The position numbers and the translations under genes are program-made. A stretch of 64,000 nt of DNA. Source: Azolla caroliniana (lineage: Eukaryota > Plantae > Polypodiophyta). Below are positions 59,580-64,000 of this stretch, piece by piece (position 1 is the first letter of the stretch; the number at the start of each line of letters is the position of its first letter). The DNA is taken from the NCBI GenBank assembly GCA_043228905.1, contig JBHGNT010000004.1:17484001-17548000 (forward strand), given 5' to 3'. The notes below the pieces were generated by a model. It searched no databases. It had not been told where the DNA came from and saw nothing but the letters and a program-made list of their open reading frames with translations.

Positions 59580-60400
59580 GGAATTCCAACAAAGGAGGAA
59601 TCAAATTATGCCAGCTGTAGCTAAGCTATGGTTAAGTAATAGTATTCCTATGCATTCAGTATTGGTGTTTTGGAAATGGTTGTGGGCTCTACAGATTTCT
59701 TGCAAAATCATTACATTTAAATGGTTATGTGTCAATTATGCACTTCCAGTCTTGGAAAAGATGCATATAGATGATGGAAGAAAAAGTTGCTCTTTTTGTG
59801 GGTTTCATTTGGAATCAATGCAACATTGTATTATGGAATTGTATGGCTACATGTGCTATTGGGAAATGTATGTTGCGCTTCATTGATGTTGCATATGGAC
59901 CTAATGTGATTACATAGGGAAATATCTTTTGGATGGATGTAAATGTAGAGAAGCATAGTTATGAAAGGAAAAAAATATTAGTTACCTTTCAAACTAGCGA
60001 AGGGCAAGTTAAGGACATAGCAGACTTAGGCTCAAATTGGTTGAATGTAGATGCCACAGTATGGGCTATGATATCATCGTGATTTTGTGGCAAATATGGA
60101 TAGCTCGATGCAAAAATGTGTTAAGCAAATAAAGCAGAATCCTATTCATTGTGTGAAGGAAAGTTGGTCAATGCTTATTTCAATTTTAAAAGGTCAATAT
60201 GACTCCTTCACTGGTAATGAAGATGCCATTTTTCTCAAACAAAGGTCCTTTAAAGGCAAGTGGAAGGATTTGTTCGTCTTTGTGGAGAGAAATGACAAAA
60301 TGACTTGGCAATATCTACCCCCTCAATGGTTGTTTCCTCCATAGGTAGAGTTTGTTTTACCTTATGACATAATGGGGGCTCTACTTTTTTCTCTTCTATC
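59580..60400 (+). mobile_element. 5'-truncated L1 LINE 3' end
   Basis: zf-RVT-like WKWLWALQISCKIITFKWLC...CSFCGFHLESMQHC, and C-terminal WSMLISILKGQYD...WQYLPP, similar to 42115-42486 (WSEIIATLKSQYD...WNYCVP). Confidence 0.75.
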
Positions 60401-60411
60401 TTACCTATCTT

Positions 60412-63400
60412 ATGCTCCGGGCCAACACGCCTACACAAGCGGCCGGGAACCGCTCACAACCTTTCCCACACACTGAGCACGGTGACACCAACAACTCGAC
60501 ATCCGTTACCTGCTTTAAATGTAACCAACCCGACCACTACGCTACCCAATGCCCAACCACAGACCGCGGCAAGGCTCCGACCGTGAATATTATTATGGCC
60601 GACATTCAACACGTCACTACACGTAGCAAAACCCAAGCCATCCAATGTCAAGTACAAGATGATGTCCGCCAAGCAACCAAGGAATGGATTGACACCGCTA
60701 ATAAAAGCAACGTGGAGTGGATGGACACAGAGATGCAGGACGTGACCTTCAGAGCACCACAGCCCGCAGGACCATCCACCGCGGCAAAAGATGACCATCT
60801 ATGGGAAGCCCTTACTAGTTCTAGGATCTCGCTGGCATTGCATAAGCTTTTACTGCTCATGCCGCGCTTTCGGGATACCTTGGCTACGCTCACGACTAAC
60901 GACAAATCGGTCGCAACCCCTGTTAACCTGGCAGAGCCAGGGACGGGCCCACCCATCATGGATTCCCAGAATACAGTCGTGAAAATTATGCTTAAAGGAC
61001 GCGACCTTCATGGATGCATAATCGACGGTGGCTCTGGCGTCAACGACATCAGCGAGGCCACATGTCACACACTTGGTCTGAACCAATGGGAACCTTCCCC
61101 CTTTTGGCTTCGGATGGCTGATACACGATCGGTTCGCCCCATAGGGTTAACCCGCCACCTCGACTTCACGTTAGGAGGCCACATGTTCACTATCTCGGCA
61201 GTCGTGTTACGCCTCTACCCAATGCTGCTTGGCCGACCCTGGCTGCGCACAGCAAATATTAAGCAACATTGGTAGCGAAATATGATCTCTTTCCGCTGGG
61301 GGAAGACCAAGGTACGGGTAATAACAGAAGAACGCCTAACCACGCCCCACAACACCACACCCTCATACGTGGAAGGGGTACACATGCTCGATGGGTTAGC
61401 CGACGAAGAGGTGGATGACTTCCTGGAAGATTATCCCACTATCATACCCTTCTTCGAAATAAACGCCATCTCGGCCTTCGGCACACCACCGGACGAGGAT
61501 GTCATGGCAGATTCACTTCCCTAGGACGAGGCCGATTCCACAACTATCGTGGAATTACGACAAGCTCGAGAGGCGTTTGAACGAGAACTCACCATCTCCC
61601 AGCGAGTCAAAGCATCAACGCTCGAGTCACTGAACCTCGGCTCCGACGAGAACCCGCAGACACTAGAAATCGCTAACAACTTACCAGCCGACAAACGGTC
61701 AGCCTTGATACGCCTGCTCACGGAGTATCAGGATGTATTCGCATGGTCTTACACTGATATGAAGGGATTGGATCCCCAATATTACCAACACCAAGTACAC
61801 CTCCTGCCTAACATTCGGTTGGTTCAACAACGACGGTACCGTATGAACCCCAACTACGCAGCTAAGGTCAAAGAGGAAATCAACAAACTCCTATGAGCAG
61901 GTTTTATACGCCCAGTAAAAAGAGCCACATGGTTAGGCCCAATCGTCGTCGTCCCCAAGAAAAACGGGAAAATCCACGTTTGCGTTGATTCCTGCAAATG
62001 CAATGCCGCGACAGTCACGGATGGGTTTCCTCTCCCGTTCACGGATAGTGTCCTCAACACGGTGGCTGGTCATGAATGCTACAGTTTCCTCGATGGGTTT
62101 AGTGGCTATAATCAAATCAGAATGCACCCGGACGATTAGGAGAAAACGACATTTGTCACAGAATGGGGTATCTTCGTGGCCGAGGTAATGATGTTCAGAT
62201 TAAAGACGGCATTGACCACATTCCAATGCATCCTCACAGAGATTTTCAATGAGTATATCCTGACGTTCATGCAAGTTTTCCTCGACGACTTTGCCGTGTA
62301 TGGCCAGCGGCTGGAGCATATGACCCAGCTACGCCTCTGTCTCGATCGATGTCGACAAGCTCAGTTGAGCTTAAATCCGGCAAAATGCGCATTCTTGGTG
62401 ACAAGAGGCAACCTGCTCGGGCACATAGTCAGCAAGGAAGGTATCGCCATGGACCCGGATAAAGTGCAAGCCATTCTGAACACTCCCGCGCCCTCTACCA
62501 CGAAGGCTCTTAGTTGATTCCTGGGCCAAATCAGATGGCATTGTCGGATGTTACGACACCTGGCCGATTTCGTGACTCCATAGCACGCGGCGGTGCATAG
62601 ACTCCCATTTCAGTGGTCTTCAATAGAAGACGAAGCTTACCAAGCCTTGAAGTTAATGCTCTCCCATGCCCCTGTTGTACAGACACCAGTCTAGTCGAAA
62701 CCTTTTCACGTCTTCGTAGACGCATCAGATATAGCCATCGGCAGCGCGCTCATGCAACGCACACCACCAAATTGGTACCGGCCAGTGTATTACACTAGCC
62801 GACGACTCTCGGTCGCGGAGAAGAACTACTCAACAACTGAATGTGAGGCCCTCGGTATGGTCTACAACATCAACAAATTCCGGCATTACCTCTTGGGCCA
62901 GAAATTCATATTCCACGTCGATCACTCGGCTCTCCTCTACTTGGTTAATAAGCAGGCCCTCACAGGTCGCCTGGTCCGATGGATGCTCTTGCTACAAGAG
63001 TTTGATTTTCAGATCTAGCACCGGCCCAAAGTCCAACACGTCGTAGCTGACTACCTGAGCTACCTCGAGTCAGGAGAACCAGCCAAGTATACGTAAGATG
63101 ATCTACCCGACGCCGCCCTTTTCAATCTCGCAACGGTGCCAGAAGAAAATGAAGATGAATGGATCACGGAGATGACCCATTTTCTTAGCACTGGCCTTCC
63201 TCCTGACCACTTGACCCTCGACGCTCAGAAATGACTAGCGATTAGGAGCCGAAACTTTTGCCTGGTCTCCAACACCCTCTACCACAAAGGCTTGGACGGC
63301 ATCTGGCGCCGTGCAATCCGTCAATTCAAGAAACAGACAATCCTCCAGGAGGCACATCACAGAATCGCAGGGGGACATTATGCTAGAGAGGCCACGACAA

Positions 63401-64000
63401 GAAAAATATGGCAGAGTGGCTTGTGGTGGCCCACAACAAAAAAAGATGCTCATGAATTCTGTCGACAGTGCGATCTGTGTCAACGCATGGGACAACCGAC
63501 CGAGCAAGCCCGGATGCCGCACCAACCCATTCTCCCGTTAGAGCCATTTCAAAAGTGGGGGTTAGATTTTGTGGGACCTTTCAAACCATCCATTGCTCGC
63601 ACCGGTAACAAATACATAATCGTGGCCATGGACTATTGCACAAAATGGGTCGAGGCTAAGGCACTACGGGATAACACGACTGCATCCACGGCAAAATTTG
63701 TATACGAACATCTATGGTGCCGATATGGATGCCCAATTGAGCTCATTAGTGACCAAGGCGGGCATTTTATAAACCACATAATTCACGAGCTCACTACACA
63801 CTACGCGGTCGTACATAAGAAAAGTACACCGTACTATCCTCAGGCAAACAGATTGGCGGAATCTACTAATAAAATTTTGCAAACAATCCTGAAAAAGATC
63901 GTCAATGAGAACCACACCGATTGGGATGATAAGCTCCAGAGTGCATTATGGGCATATCGCACCACATTTAAAACTAGCATTCAATCTACACCTTTTCGAA
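60412..64000 (+). mobile_element. Ty3/gypsy gag-end plus pol, decayed, runs off the right edge
   Basis: Knuckle CFKCNQPDHYATQC, PR IIDGGSGVN, RT YRMNPNYAAKVKEEI / FLDGFSGYNQI / VFLDDF, RH FVDASD / NYSTTECEALG, INT GGHY...CDLCQR / PFQKWGLDFVGP. RT-RH-INT order; starts abruptly with no 5' LTR; many stops. Confidence 0.95.

Overview
Eukaryotic (land-plant) genomic DNA; the TE lineages suggest a seed-free plant (bryophyte, lycophyte or fern), which is inference. About 80% of the window is a nest of decayed transposons. It holds at least seven Ty1/copia pieces, one of them complete at 15005-20441 with TSD CCAAT. There are two non-autonomous Ty3/gypsy-type LTR elements, one apparently self-priming (23641-26164) and one tRNA-Trp-primed with a 4-bp TSD (28503-33838). 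Also present are a 2.5-kb solo-LTR-like insert, a full-length L1-type LINE with a 13-bp TSD, a DUF7869/Sola-like transposase relic flanked by palindrome arrays, and a Ty3/gypsy pol running off the right end. One intact host gene lies at 50315-57425: a 12-exon SNF2-family remodeler of the ETL1/CHR19 (SMARCAD1/Fun30) type. The strongest unusual signals are (1) two palindrome arrays with the same architecture but covarying arms on either side of the transposase, (2) Tf1-style self-priming in a non-coding, tandem-repeat-filled LTR element, and (3) a frame-conserved ~180-aa Pol tail between two PPT-like motifs in two diverged copia copies. All coordinates were read by eye and no database searches were run.
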